The notes under the pieces: model-generated
Told to the model about the DNA's origin: nothing
Seen by the model: only the letters and a program-made list of their open reading frames with translations
Database searches by the model: none
Translations under genes and position numbers: made by a program
Part shown: positions 51,932 to 64,000 of the stretch, piece after piece
Layout: the number at the start of each line of letters is the position of its first letter
Numbering within the stretch: the first letter of the stretch is position 1
Assembly (NCBI GenBank): GCA_964016885.1
Contig: OZ024742.1
Location: forward strand, 151,156,001 to 151,220,000
From: Eledone cirrhosa
Lineage: Eukaryota
Reading direction: 5' to 3'
DNA length: 64,000 nucleotides

Positions 51932-53650
51932 AGAATAACTCTAACTGTGGAGCTAATGGTTAGAACTGGTTAGAACAACTCTAACTGTGGTGCTAATGGT
52001 TAGACTAGTTAGAACAACTCTAATTGTGGTGCTAATGGTTAGAACTGGTTAGAACAACTCTAACTGTGGTGCCAATGGTTAGAACTGGTTAGAACAACTC
52101 TAATTGTGGTGCTAATGGTTAGACTAGTTAGAACAACTCTAACTGTGGTGCTAATGGTTAGACTAGTTAGAACAACTCTAATTGTGGTGCCAATGGTTAG
52201 AACTGGTTAGAACAACTCTAATTGTGGTGCTAATGGTTAGACTAGTTAGAACAACTCTAATTGTGGTGCCAATGGTTAGAACTGGTTAGAACAACTCTAA
52301 CTGTGGTGCTAATGGTTAGAACTGATTAGAACAACTCTAATTGTGGTGCTAATGGTTAGAACTGGTTAGAACAACTCTAATTGTGGTGCTAATGGTTAGA
52401 ACTGGTTAGAACAACTCTAATTGTGGTGCTAATGGTTAGAACTGATTAGAACAACTCTAATTGTGGTGCTAATGGTTAGAACTGGTTAGAACAACTCTAA
52501 TTGTGGTGCTAATGGTTAGAACTGATTAGAACAACTCTAATTGTGGTGCTAATGGTTAGAACTGGTTAGAACAACTCTAATTGTGGTGCTAATGGTTAGA
52601 ACTGGTTAGAACAACTCTAATTGTGGTGCTAATGGTTAGAGCTAGTTAGAACAACTTAATTGTGGTGCTAATGGTTAGAGCTAGTTAGAACAACTTAATT
52701 GTGGTGGTAATGGTTAGAACTGGTTAGAACAACTCTAATTGTGGTGCTAATGGTTAGAACTGATTAGAACAACTCTAATTGTGGTGCTAATGGTTAGAAC
52801 TGGTTAGAACAACTCTAATTGTGGTGCTAATGGTTAGAGCTAGTTAGAACAACTTAATTGTGGTGCTAATGGTTAGAACTGGTTAGAACAACTCTAATTG
52901 TGGTGCTAATGGTTAGAGCTAGTTAGAACAACTCTAATTGTGGTGCTAATGGTTAGAACTGGTTAGAACAACTCTAATTGTGGTGCTAATGGTTAGAACT
53001 GGTTAGAACAACTCTAATTGTGGTGCTAATGGTTAGAACTGATTAGAACAACTCTAATTGTGGTGCTAATGGTTAGGGCTGGTTAGAACAACTCTAATTG
53101 TGGTGCTAATGGTTAGAACTGATTAGAACAACTCTAATTGTGGTGCTAATGGTTAGAACTGATTAGAACAACTCTAATTGTGGTGCTAATGGTTAGAACT
53201 GATTAGAACAACTCTAATTGTGGTGCTAATGGTTAGAACTGATTAGAACAACTCTAATTGTGGTGCTAATGGTTAGGGCTGGTTAGAACAACTCTAATTG
53301 TGGTGCTAATGGTTAGAACTGATTAGAACAACTCTAATTGTGGTGCTAATGGTTAGAACTGATTAGAACAACTCTAATTGTGGTGCTAATGGTTAGAACT
53401 GATTAGAACAACTCTAATTGTGGTGCTAATGGTTAGGGCTGGTTAGAACAACTCTAATTGTGGTGCTAATGGTTAGAACTGATTAGAACAACTCTAATTG
53501 TGGTGCTAATGGTTAGAACTGATTAGAACAACTCTAATTGTGGTGCTAATGGTTAGAACTGGTTAGAACAACTCTAATTGTGGTGCTAATGGTTAGAACT
53601 GGTTAGAACAACTCTAATTGTGGTGCTAATGGTTAGGGCTGGTTAGAATA
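51932..53650. repeat. 40-bp tandem satellite (agaacaactctaattgtggtgctaatggttagaactggtt), about 43 units
   Basis: Direct reading; head-to-tail with no spacers; decayed units continue to about 53815. Confidence 0.97.
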
Positions 53651-54192
53651 ATTGTAATTTGAGTGCTAAATGGCAGAAGGGATGATAAAAATATCTCATT
53701 GTGGTGCTAATCATGAAAAGTGATTAGAAAAAAAAACAGGATATGATTAGGAAGGGCTCACATTGTGGTGCTTATGGCTAGAAGTGATAAAAAAATCTCA
53801 CTGCGGTGCTAATGATTTCCACTTTCATTTCCATTTTGTGTTGAGTTTCCACTTGAATTTGTGCTCAGAAGTGGCCATTGACAAATAATGAACTTCATTG
53901 ATTTCCAAGATAAGAAGAATAGACAGGATAAAGATTTCATACTTTTCTCAGTGGATGTAAGCGGAGTGAAATAACTGCAAGCAGTTATGGAAACGAAATC
54001 CTTGGGATCAGCTCTTCGCCAATTTGTGTTCAGTTTCATGTCACCATTTTTTAGTCTAGAATATTAACAATTTCTGCCAAAAGTTTGATAAAATATTCTG
54101 TCTTCAGCGAAACACGATCGTCTCTCACAAACAGTCCGCTTTGATTGAATGAAAATCAGTTTACTTCGACAGATATTCTGTTTTGTTGTTTA

Positions 54193-54200
54193 TGACGTCA
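54193..54200. promoter_or_regulatory. Perfect CRE palindrome TGACGTCA about 90 bp upstream of the UBX ORF
   Basis: Sequence match only; function is not demonstrated. Confidence 0.25.
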
Positions 54201-54286
54201 TGAGATTTTACAAAGAATATTTAAGGCTCTGAGATGCCTTATCACACGCTTTGATGATACAAGTGCTATTGGTAAGCTCTATGTAA

Positions 54287-55342
54287 ATGGCAGCTGGAAA
54301 ACGTACCCAAAAGCGGCAGACAGCGTCGAAAAGGCCAGCTGAATCCACACCATGTTCATCATCAGTTTCGTATTTGGAGGACGATATATCAGCACATGAA
54401 AATCCGAAACGTTTGAAAATATCCCCTAACCAGACATCAGATATATATTTGAGAACATTGGAATCAGCAATTAAAGATTCTTTAAAACTGAGTGCAAGCC
54501 GTAGAAAACCTTTGGTACTGTATTTATATGACTGTGATGACGATAGGCTGCTGTGGTCGAAAACAGCTGTAGAAAGTTTCTGCAACAGATTCATGGTTTG
54601 GGCACGAAAAATTGACACCGACGAAAATAAAAAACAAGTATTTTCGTTGTTAAAAAAAGAATTTGGGAATGATATTACACAGAAGGTAAAGAAATACGAT
54701 AAAAACCGTCTACCAATGATATTAGTTTTGGGAAAAGTGCAATGCAGTTTTGTTATACTTGGTGAGTTGGATAACGTTCGAAATCCAGTGGAATTCAAAA
54801 CATTTTTGGAATCTGTGTCAGAAAAATTTTCCGATATGATCAAACCAGAAATAGTATCTGAAAGTCTGAGAGAAGAAAGGGCTACTTTGATACGAGAACA
54901 GGATCGAGCGTACGAAGAGTCTTTGATAAAGGATAGACAAAAAGAAGAGCAGAAACGACTTCTAGAAGAAAAGAAGCTAAAGGAGGAAGAAGAACAAAAA
55001 CAACGTGAAATTCGATGCCAAAAAGAAGAAGAGGAAAGAAATAATATGTTGCAGTCCTTAAATCAGCAATTACCTGAAGAACCAATAGCCAATTTAAACA
55101 AACCAGTCACAATATTGCGCTTTCGAACACCAGCTGGAGATGTACTGACACGGCGATTTTTCATCGAAAATACATTAAAAACGGTTCTTAATTTCGTGGA
55201 ATCGAATGGTTTCAATACAGATTGTTTCAAGGTCTTAACATTTCATCCTACACAAGACATAACTCAATTAGATGATAGAAAATCAATTGCAAATTTTCAA
55301 TTTTACCCACGCGTGACTCTTTACATTCAACCTCGACATTAA
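54287..55342 (+). CDS. Intronless FAF1-like protein (divergent UAS domain, coiled coil, UBX domain), probable retrogene
   Basis: RKPLVLYL..FMVWA (UAS-like); LIREQDRAYEESLIKDRQK (coiled coil); LPEEP..LRFRTPAGDVLTRRF..LKTVLNFVESNGF..DITQLD..FYPRVTLYIQ (FAF1-type UBX). Single uninterrupted 351-aa ORF. Confidence 0.85.
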   Translation: MAAGKRTQKRQTASKRPAESTPCSSSVSYLEDDISAHENPKRLKISPNQTSDIYLRTLESAIKDSLKLSASRRKPLVLYLYDCDDDRLLWSKTAVESFCNRFMVWARKIDTDENKKQVFSLLKKEFGNDITQKVKKYDKNRLPMILVLGKVQCSFVILGELDNVRNPVEFKTFLESVSEKFSDMIKPEIVSESLREERATLIREQDRAYEESLIKDRQKEEQKRLLEEKKLKEEEEQKQREIRCQKEEEERNNMLQSLNQQLPEEPIANLNKPVTILRFRTPAGDVLTRRFFIENTLKTVLNFVESNGFNTDCFKVLTFHPTQDITQLDDRKSIANFQFYPRVTLYIQPRH

Positions 55343-55518
55343 AGGACATTTTTCTCTGATTATCTTTTTAGATGACTTGTATATATTAGAACGCTCTTTA
55401 CATTCGTGTGTACCCCTTACACACACTGACACTCATCTGCACACAAAAGCACACATATAAACCGCCATGATATATAAACAATGAGAAATATTTTTTCGTA
55501 TCTCCTCGCTATTTTTAC

Positions 55519-55560
55519 TCAATTTTCTGACGAAGGGCATTGCCCGAAAAGTTATTGATT
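55519..55560 (+). ncRNA. Minimal HHR motif, degenerate stems I and III
   Basis: CTGACGA-agggc(att)gccc-GAAA-agt-TA. Confidence 0.55.
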
Positions 55561-55641
55561 AAACTTTTTCTCGCTTCTCAAGAGCGTTGAACTAATAATC
55601 CCTATTTGTACTGCATTCGGTCTGATATGTATATATATGTC

Positions 55642-55721
<80 letters not shown>

Positions 55722-55739
55722 TACACGTAACATGTTAGC

Positions 55740-56200
55740 TTGCTTGCACTAGATAGAGCGCTCTTCCTTTTTCCTCCACACGGACATTTTTGCTACACAC
55801 ACACACGAATATATCTTCGCCCATTTATTCCAGAGTGTCGTGGGAGAAGAGTCCTCAAACACTCCTTCCAGCGTGTTCTGTCAGAAGCAACCGACTCTAA
55901 TTGGTTTGGCCAGATCCCCAAGCGAGACCAGACAAGCTCATGGATGTTATCCAGCCATCTTGCTCGGGGTCTACCCCTGGGTCTCTTGCTGGTTGGTTTT
56001 GCGCGTAAAATCTCTTCAGCGATTCTTTTCTGAGACATTCTAACCACAAGCCAGTAAATCGGAGCTCTGGTCTCTCAATTCGGAGAAGTAGCGGCTTTAC
56101 TTGGAGTCACTCTCTGATCTCCAAGCTACGTACTCTATCAAGTAACCCTACTTCAAGAACTCTTCATAGGAACCCAATTTCGACCGCTTGTATTCGTGAT
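55740..56200 (-). mobile_element. RTE-type LINE 3' fragment
   Basis: RMSQKRIAEEILRAKPTSKRPRGRPRARWLDNI...DRTRWK. Confidence 0.8.
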
Positions 56201-56649
56201 TATATATACATAAAATATGCGATACTAAGACCGGGGAGTCCAAAAATTAGAGGAATACTCTCTCTCTATATATATATATTGTCACACACGCGCTTGTACA
56301 TTCACCCCTAGATTCTTATGGCTCTCTTATGGTCAGAAACATATACTCTTACAGCTGATACAGACCAACTAAATACGCACACACACCTCTACTTTTCCCC
56401 TTCACAGCTCTGTACACACACGCACACATACACACGTATACGCATGCGCATAGCTCTATATACAAAACGGTTTTTTCCCTTTCAGATAGACGCGCTCCAT
56501 CATCCACTTTTCTAAAAAAAGTATATCATACACAAAACGCCAGCATCAACAGTTTTCCCTGATATGGCAACGTGAATGGACCTGTTATTTTTCTCTAAAA
56601 AATGTGTTTTCCGATTCCGCCCTGCCCGTCCCTTCAATCTTTCTAATTA

Positions 56650-56688
56650 TTTCTTCTGATGAAGGACTAGCCTCCGAAACGTTAAAAC
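56650..56688 (+). ncRNA. Minimal HHR motif
   Basis: ttctt-CTGATGA-agga(ctagcc)tcc-GAAA-cgt-TA-aaa. Confidence 0.6.
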
Positions 56689-56786
56689 CCCCTTCCTGCT
56701 ATTCCAAGCGTTACACTACTATACTCATTCCCTATACTGTACCGATTGTGTTGTTATTTATGTTTACCTTTTACACACACACACAC

Positions 56787-56871
<85 letters not shown>

Positions 56872-57459
56872 TGAAAACCCGGTCTAGCCCTTTCGAGTTG
56901 ATTAAATATATATATATATTGGGAGAGAGAGAGAGAGAGAGAGAGGTTACATAAACACATACGTCCACTTACAGGTTCACACCGCATACACTCAAACATA
57001 CGTACACACTCATATCTACATAGAAATATATGCGCTTACTTATGCTTATTTTGCATCTAGTTTACCCATTCAAAACAGTTAGGAAAACACACACACACTC
57101 ACGCACACAGATTCACACTGTACACACACACAACATAAATGCATGTTCTACCCTAGATTTATCAATGCTACATATGCCACAAGATCTACAAATCTCAAGG
57201 AGAAATGTCAAGGTACACCAAGATACACAAGTAGTCAAAGCTGCATCAAATGCGATTTATGTTGACGGCTTTTCAAAAATATGTCTGGTCAAAAAGCCAC
57301 ATGATCTGAGCATCAAGTGCACTGGAGTCGTGAAACTTTACACCCTGGCCTCCCAGGCCGGACCTTTCACCTCACTATTTCTTATTTTTTTATTTTTATT
57401 AATTTCCTTCCCTAACATTCTCTAACTATTCTTACGTGTATCTGTTCTCTCCTTATCCT

Positions 57460-57500
57460 AACTTTCCTGAAGAAGGACTTCTGCCCGAAACCTCTTCCAC
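57460..57500 (+). ncRNA. Decayed minimal HHR motif
   Basis: CTGAAGA-aggacttctgccc-GAAA; the 3' part is deleted or decayed. Confidence 0.4.
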
Positions 57501-57637
57501 TTCCACCAAGCGTGAACCTAATATACTGTGTAAAAATTGCTTCCTGTGTTTTGTTAGTTTCATTTATTAACCACACACACACACACACACACACCATACA
57601 CACACATACATACATATACATATATCTTATATATAAT

Positions 57638-57846
57638 GATTTCTAGTATAGGCACAAGGCCAGTAATTTGGGGGAGGGGAAAGTCGATTAAATTGACCCC
57701 AGTACATTTCTGGTGCTTTATTTTATCGACCCCGTAAGGATGAAAGGCAAAGTTAACTTCGGCGAGATTTGAATTCAGAACGTAAAGGTGCGTAACTCTA
57801 TGCTGCAAAGCATGGTGTCCGACGCTCTACCGATACTGCCAATCCG
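57638..57846 (-). mobile_element. tRNA-derived SINE
   Basis: Matches the SINE consensus. Confidence 0.87.
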
Positions 57847-58027
57847 TGATTGGAGAACTGCGAGATTGTGTCCAGTTTATTATTTTACATCACGTTATCA
57901 AAATAAGTTGGACCACTTTGAATAGATCATGAATGAATATTATGTAATTTATCTACTAAATTTCTTAGCTCTTGATTAAACATAAATAATCTGATATATA
58001 ATGGAGTGTTAGAGTGATAGAGTATAT

Positions 58028-58310
58028 TAATCGAGGACGACATTTCAGATGCGGTGCGTGTGCTGGTCTCGAGCGACACAGTACTCCAGGAACAGCGTTG
58101 CTGTCTTGTCCGCGTCCGATGAAGGTGTAACAGCAGCCATGGTATCCTGTCCAGGAAGCAGCGTCGTCGAAGTGTATGACCTGCGACCAGAAAAGTGTTT
58201 GAGACCACCAAAATACTACAAAATGGCCAGAAACAATAACGGAATTCATACGGCATCATCCTTCGCGCGGGATAACAATGTCCTGTTCGAAAAATATATT
58301 GCAGTCTCCA
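58028..58310 (+). pseudogene. CRE-like non-LTR element fragment (region upstream of the RT)
   Basis: IEDDISDAVRVLVSSDTVL and VTAAMVSCPGSS...DLRPE resemble CRE-clade pre-RT motifs. Confidence 0.45.
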
Positions 58311-58544
58311 AAGGGAGGGGAGAAGTAGGTGGTGTAGTAGAGGAAGGAGTGAAAGTGAAGCAGATGGAGAAAGAAAAAAAACGAAGAAGAGGGATGAGGA
58401 GGAGGGGCAGAAAGATGAGAAGGAGGAGGAGAAGAACTGAAAAAGTAGATAGTCATGGAGGACGAGGAAATGAATAAGAAGGGGAAAGGGAAGGTATGAC
58501 ATCTTTACCCTCTTGATTGGACAAATAAGCCCTCCTGCAACTCC

Positions 58545-59145
58545 GCGCCTCACCAAGCCTCATTCATCAGCTACATCTAACAGCTGAAGCAGAAACCGCC
58601 GAGTTGAACAGTCTCCACTCCGTTTCAACGTCTTCAGTTTTCCCAAGGAGTTCTCTGAATTTGGATGCAATAGTATCCGCACAGCTGGTCATGACTTTTT
58701 TTTTATCCGCCAGCGCTTCCCACCTTATCCTGTAGGTCGAGCTGGACCAGCCAGTTTTGTAGGCTTCCTTGGCTTTGGGTAGTTTCAGGCTGCAGATAAC
58801 TAGATGGTGACTAGTTGACAGCTCAGCCTCTAACTTAACACGAACAGTCAGCACAGAATCGAATAGATCAAAGACAATAACAAAATCAATTGTTGATCTC
58901 TGTCCCGATTTCCCTTATACCATGTGTATGGATGTCTTTGTGCTGGAAGAAGGTGTTCATAATAGAGAGTTCATTACTAATAACGCCTTTCTATTCGTAT
59001 TTAGATCGAGATCGCCATTTCTTCCAATCACTCCTTTCCATGTCAGGTAGTCAATGCCAACATGTGCATTGATGCCTCCCATTAGAATATATGACTCAGT
59101 CTCAACTACAACTAACACTGCAGTGACTTCGTCAAGGGAAGATCT
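58545..59145 (-). pseudogene. RTE-type LINE endonuclease-region fragment
   Basis: NTFFQHKDIH, IDFVIV and VRVKLEAELSTSHHLVIC. Confidence 0.75.
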
Positions 59146-59787
59146 ATATCACCCGCTCCATTACCCCTCCCTCTCAACATTCATCCCCCAAAATTATGAA
59201 TAACGATACTGACCAATTTTATCTGACTTTCCTGATGATTTCATAGGAATGAAACAGTTCTCGTCCTGTTGGAATCATTTCTATATAAAATAAAGATGCC
59301 TATACTCTACTAACGTATTGAGTACCCTTTTCAACTGTGATTACCTCTCGATACCCACCAGGAATCTACATATAATTACATTATATATATACATATATAT
59401 AAACATACACACACACACTCATAGGTAGATGATAAAAATCGTTATTTTATGGTAGGTGATAAAAATCGTTATTTTATATCGAAATTACTTCTACAGGACA
59501 AAACTTTCATTCGCATGAAATCATCGTGATGATTTCATATGGTTGAAACAGTTCTAATTCTATAATATATATGATATATCTGCTGGGCACACAAGCAATA
59601 GGACGTGTGTTTTTCCTGCCGGCGGCATATCAAACACATCGGGTATCATCTGAGGATACCGTTCTCATAACAACAACAAATGCATGAAGGACTTCTCGAT
59701 GGCATGGAGAACCGTGGAAATAATTATAATGATTAAACGATCTATGTAACCTCAGCATCTTATTTTGTTATATATATATATATATAT

Positions 59788-60320
59788 GTTCCTGATTATT
59801 ACTGGAATTCTATAAGAATCCAGCCTCTATAATTTTCGGCAAAGGCGGGGAGTACGATGCTCTGAGGATCGCCAACAGCATGAAACAGAATCTGTCAGCT
59901 TCTCTCCCTTCTTTTGCCGAAAAAAGAAGTAAGTGACATAGTCACTACTTTAAAAGTGATAGCACAAGGTCTTCAAATTGTTTTAAATTAAACATACGGT
60001 ATATTGCCAAATATACTATACATATATTCATGTATATATCGCTATTTCAGAGCACCAATCCTAATTTTTAATTTTTGCTGGACCGGCAATCGCTCTGTAT
60101 AATCAGTTCCTGATTATTGCTGGAATTCTATAAGAATCCAGCCTCTATAATTTTCGGCAACAGCGTGAAACAGAATCTGTCAGCTTTTCTCCCTTCTTTT
60201 GCCGAAAAAAGAAGTGACATAGTCACTACTTTAAAAATGATAGCGCAAAGTCTTCAAATTGTTTTAAATTAAACATACGGTATATTGCCAAATATAATAT
60301 ACATACATTCATATGTATAT
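59788..60320. repeat. Local direct duplication (~210-250 bp)
   Basis: gttcctgattatt..tggaattctataagaatccagcctc at 59788 and 60106. Confidence 0.85.
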
Positions 60321-60347
60321 ATATACATATATAATCTGAGTTTTTTG

Positions 60348-60546
60348 AATATTAATAATAACATTCAATTCGTTTGCAATTATGCAAACAAGCCTCAATT
60401 TTATAGCCATGTCTGTAGAACAGAACTGCAGTTCTGTTCGCATGTCAACACAAGAGCAAGAATGAAGTGTTCATTCTACTGACATGGCTATAAAATTGAG
60501 GCTTGTTTGTATAATTGCAAACGAATCGAATGTTATTATTAATATT
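60348..60546. mobile_element. MITE-like fold-back element with ~72-bp terminal inverted repeats
   Basis: 60348-60420 is the near reverse complement of 60474-60546. Confidence 0.72.
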
Positions 60547-60558
60547 GGATTGGATGGA

Positions 60559-60743
60559 GGTGGATGGGTAGTATCGGTAGAGGGTCGGACGCCATGCTTT
60601 GACGCATAGAGTTACGGCCCTTGCCATCCTGAGTTCAAATCCCGCCGAGGTTAACATTGCCTTTCATCCTTATGGGGTCGATAAAATAAAGTACCAGTAA
60701 TACACTGAGATAATTGCTGGCCTTGTGCCCAAAGTAGAAACAA
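60559..60743 (+). mobile_element. tRNA-derived SINE
   Basis: Matches the SINE consensus. Confidence 0.87.
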
Positions 60744-62070
60744 TCTCTCTATATATAAAACGGAAGATGCCTGTCTGTGTGTGTGCATGATTTTTATGCA
60801 TTTCCACATTTCTCTACCGATTTTCATGTTTTTTTTCCACTTTGCTCCAAATTTACCAAGGATGGTCAACGCGTAATAAACTTGGCCAAACATTTCCTGC
60901 TTCTATGAAAAAAAAAATCGATAAAACTAAATACATGCTGTAACCCTCTCTCTTACACGCTTATTCACTCTCTCTACTACCCTCAACAATCTATGAAACT
61001 ACATACATGTTGCAACTCTCTTTAAAAGATTAATCTCTCCCTCTCCTCCCCCCTCAATCTCCTCTGCAACTCTCTTTAAAAGGTTACTGTCTCCCTCTAC
61101 TACCCTATCACCAATACAGTTTACAACAGCGATAAAACTTCTTTTCAGGAACGCGACATAAACTTTGAAAACTAAGCAACACATTCAATTTATACAACAA
61201 ACATAGCTTCACTTTCTCCGTCGCTCTTCCCTCTCTCTATAATAGATTATTCCCCCTCTCTATAGTTTCTTAGCTTTACTCTCTCCGTCGCTCTTCCCTC
61301 TCTCTATAATAGATCATCCCCCCCCCCTTCGTTCAGGAACGCGAAATAAACTTTGAAAACAAAGCAACACATCAATTTATACAACAAACAGTCATAACGA
61401 CGCTCATACATCAAATAACAAAACTTAAGCCGATAACACTAAACACATGCTCCTTTCTCACCGTTACATTTTACATCAAATATTCCAAAGCAACAGATGA
61501 ATTTATAAAACAACAAACGTAATCATAACGACGCTTAAGCATTTATTTACTTAACAAGTAATCTTTATAATCTCAACAAAGACATTATATTTTATTGTTG
61601 TCCTTTTTGTAATTTTTATTCTTTGTTTTTAGCAATATAAGACAAAAAATTAATGAGAAAACTTTTTTCAGGAACGTCCGAATTCGATGATTTTTTTTCC
61701 AGTGTGCTCCAAAATATCGCCCCCTATTTACAGTCTTTTGTGCTATAACTCAGACGGGCTTGGCTTACAGGTTTGATCTACTATTTGACGTGCATTCTTC
61801 ATACAACTTACTTAGTACTCACTTTCCACTTATTCACTGTTCAATTGAAATGTTTCGCTACCCCCCTTCCTTGCTTACCCGTATTTACTTTCTTTGCCTC
61901 AATAATCATAATTGAGTGGAATCATTAAGAGTACTTTAAAGCAATTAAACTCCGAGCAACGCCGGGCACTTCTGCTAGTTATTAATATTCGAAAAACTCA
62001 GATTACACTTATTGTATTTAGCCATGTAGAGCGAAGTTTTGTTTTTTTACACACACACACACACACACAT

Positions 62071-62146
<76 letters not shown>

Positions 62147-62689
62147 CGCGCGGGTGTGCGCGTGGGTGTGTCTCTCTCTCTCTCTCCATCGGGCGGGCTT
62201 CAAATCAGTTTTCGTCAGCCCAATTTCACTCACGAGGCACGAGTTGACCAGAGGCGAGAGCAAATTACACATTCCAAGAGGCTACACAATGGGATCCAGG
62301 GATTGCGAAACGAAACTGTTAATCATTCGGCCATAGTTCATCCAATAAACATTGTATCATATAAATAATACACTTCAGGAACATGGAATCTGGTGTACAA
62401 ATTTCGTGGCAAAGCAATTTGTCCATAAGTAGATTCCAAAGGTAGATTCCAAAGGTAGATTCCATGACTATTTGAGGTAGTTTCCTGTCTGATCAAACTA
62501 TCATGGCATCAAATATGACCCAGAGGAACATTTTAAAAGAGACGGAAAAAAACAACAGACACTTCAAACAAGTTAGATAAAAGGAAAGGTAAGGTATGAC
62601 AGTCAGATACTTCAATCAGGTGAGATAACAGGTGAGTTAATCAGATACTTCAATCAAGTGGGATGACAGGTAAGGTATAGTAGTCACAA

Positions 62690-63165
62690 TATAGAGATGT
62701 GTGGTACATTGTGGGGAGATGTAGTAGATTGTAAAGCGGTGTGGTAGATTGTAGGTGTGGTAGATTGTAGAGAGGTGTGGTAGATTGTAAAGAGGTATGG
62801 TAGTGTGTAAAGTGGTGTGGTAGACTGGGGTGAGGTGTGGTAGTAGGTAGAGAGGTGTGGTAGATTGTAGAGAGGTGTAGTAGTATGTAGAGAGGTGTGG
62901 TAGTATGTAGAGAGCTGTGGTAGAATGTAGAGAGGTGTGGTAGATTCTAGAGAGGTGTGGTAGATTGTAGAGAGGTGTGGAATATTGGGGTGAGGTGTGG
63001 TAGTAGGTGGAGAGGTGTGGTAGAATGTAGAGAGGTGTGGTAGTGTGTAAAAAGGTGTGGTAGTATGTAGAGAGGTGTGGTAGTATGTAGAGAGGTGTGG
63101 TAGATTGTAGAGGATTGTGGTAGATTGTAGAGAGGTGTGGTATTATGTAGAGAGGTGTAGTAGAA
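62690..63165. repeat. 20-bp minisatellite (gtagagaggtgtggtagatt)
   Basis: Direct reading. Confidence 0.93.
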
Positions 63166-63309
63166 TGTCAATATTATCACTAAAGTCCACTGTGTCCGGT
63201 CTACCACTACTTTACACCACTCGGGCAAATTGTTGTCGAAAATTGAATACATCTGATAAGTGGCCACTGCTAAAAATCGAACAGCACGTGCTGACATGGT
63301 CCGACAAAC

Positions 63310-63720
63310 ATCAAATCAGCGCAAACGTTTGGATGTCATGAATCTGCCTCCAGGTTTATTGAGTGGGTTTCGCAAGCGATCGTGGGTTGATAAAGAGAAT
63401 GCGACACAATGATAAGCAAAGGCTGGCCTTCACTCTCGCAAGGCCCCACTGGGCGTCTAGATGGACGGGAAAGGTGTCATCCACTACGAGCTGTTCCCAC
63501 CGAAAACCAACATAACCTCTGACGTATATTGCCAACAACTTGACAGATTAACGGCAACATTCGCACAGATGCACCCATAACTTAATCACGTTCGATTCTT
63601 TCATGTTTCATGATATAACGCTCGGCCGCCTACTTCAAGTATGACTTGCGAGAAGCTGTTAGAGTTAGATTGGGAGGTTCTGCCCCATCTGCCATATTCG
63701 GCAATGCGCAATGGAATGTA
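63310..63720 (+). pseudogene. mariner transposase fragment
   Basis: KAGLHSRK, GKGVIHYEL...ITSDVYCQQLDRL, NARP and KLLELDWEVLPHLPYS across frameshifts. Confidence 0.8.
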
Positions 63721-64000
63721 GCAAAATTTCTAGTATCAACAAACACCAAAGTCAATACAAGATGTTTAATTTGGGGAGGAGGCATAGTTGATTATACCCA
63801 CTCCAGTATTAGATTTGTGATTGACTCGACATGACTGTAGAAAAAGTTAATCTCGATAATAGTGCTGACTGATTTTAGATAACTAGTCGGAATTGTAATG
63901 TACTTGCATATCTGGTTTTAAATTCACTATAAGCTAGATAGTGTATCAGCAAATTTCAAGATAATGTAGATGTTCAGGAATAGATATGACGTGTAGATAA

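Noticed and set aside
51932-53650. CRISPR array or telomeric repeat
   Set aside because: Units are contiguous with no unique spacers, there are no cas genes and the context is eukaryotic; TTAGGG occurs only sporadically.
54208-54843. 211-aa antisense ORF
   Set aside because: Shadow of the UBX gene on the opposite strand.
62185-62335. Second SINE family remnant (also about 51790-51905)
   Set aside because: The resemblance is suggestive but too decayed to delimit without a consensus.

Overview
This is AT-rich animal genomic DNA, probably a cephalopod or other mollusc. That assignment is inferred from the tRNA-derived SINE family and the repeat landscape, not proven. About the first 37 kb is a hugely expanded, interrupted (TA)n microsatellite that has collected retroelements. 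It holds five distinct Naiad-type Penelope-like elements (PLEs; RT plus C-terminal GIY-YIG endonuclease): two with complete ORFs, one missing only its first few codons, and two disrupted. It also holds 3' fragments of other PLEs, CR1 and RTE LINE fragments, an RTE-derived non-autonomous element and a solo LTR, almost all bounded by (TA)n. One PLE (26497-32806) shows the full inverted-pLTR / pLTR / ORF / pLTR architecture with nearly identical 1.2-kb repeats. Reading both strands gives about 20 type I hammerhead ribozyme (HHR) motifs, many with palindromic stem III. The HHR/terminal modules appear shuffled between PLE lineages. The remaining ~27 kb is older repeat terrain: many SINEs, decayed RTE, CRE, PLE and mariner fragments, MITEs and a 40-bp satellite. 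It contains one host-like gene, an intronless, divergent FAF1-like UAS-coiled-coil-UBX ORF (54287-55342) followed by an HHR motif and a (TA)n tract. Nearly all the IY/CV-rich ORFs in the track are microsatellite artefacts. All family assignments come from motif recognition by eye; no searches were run.
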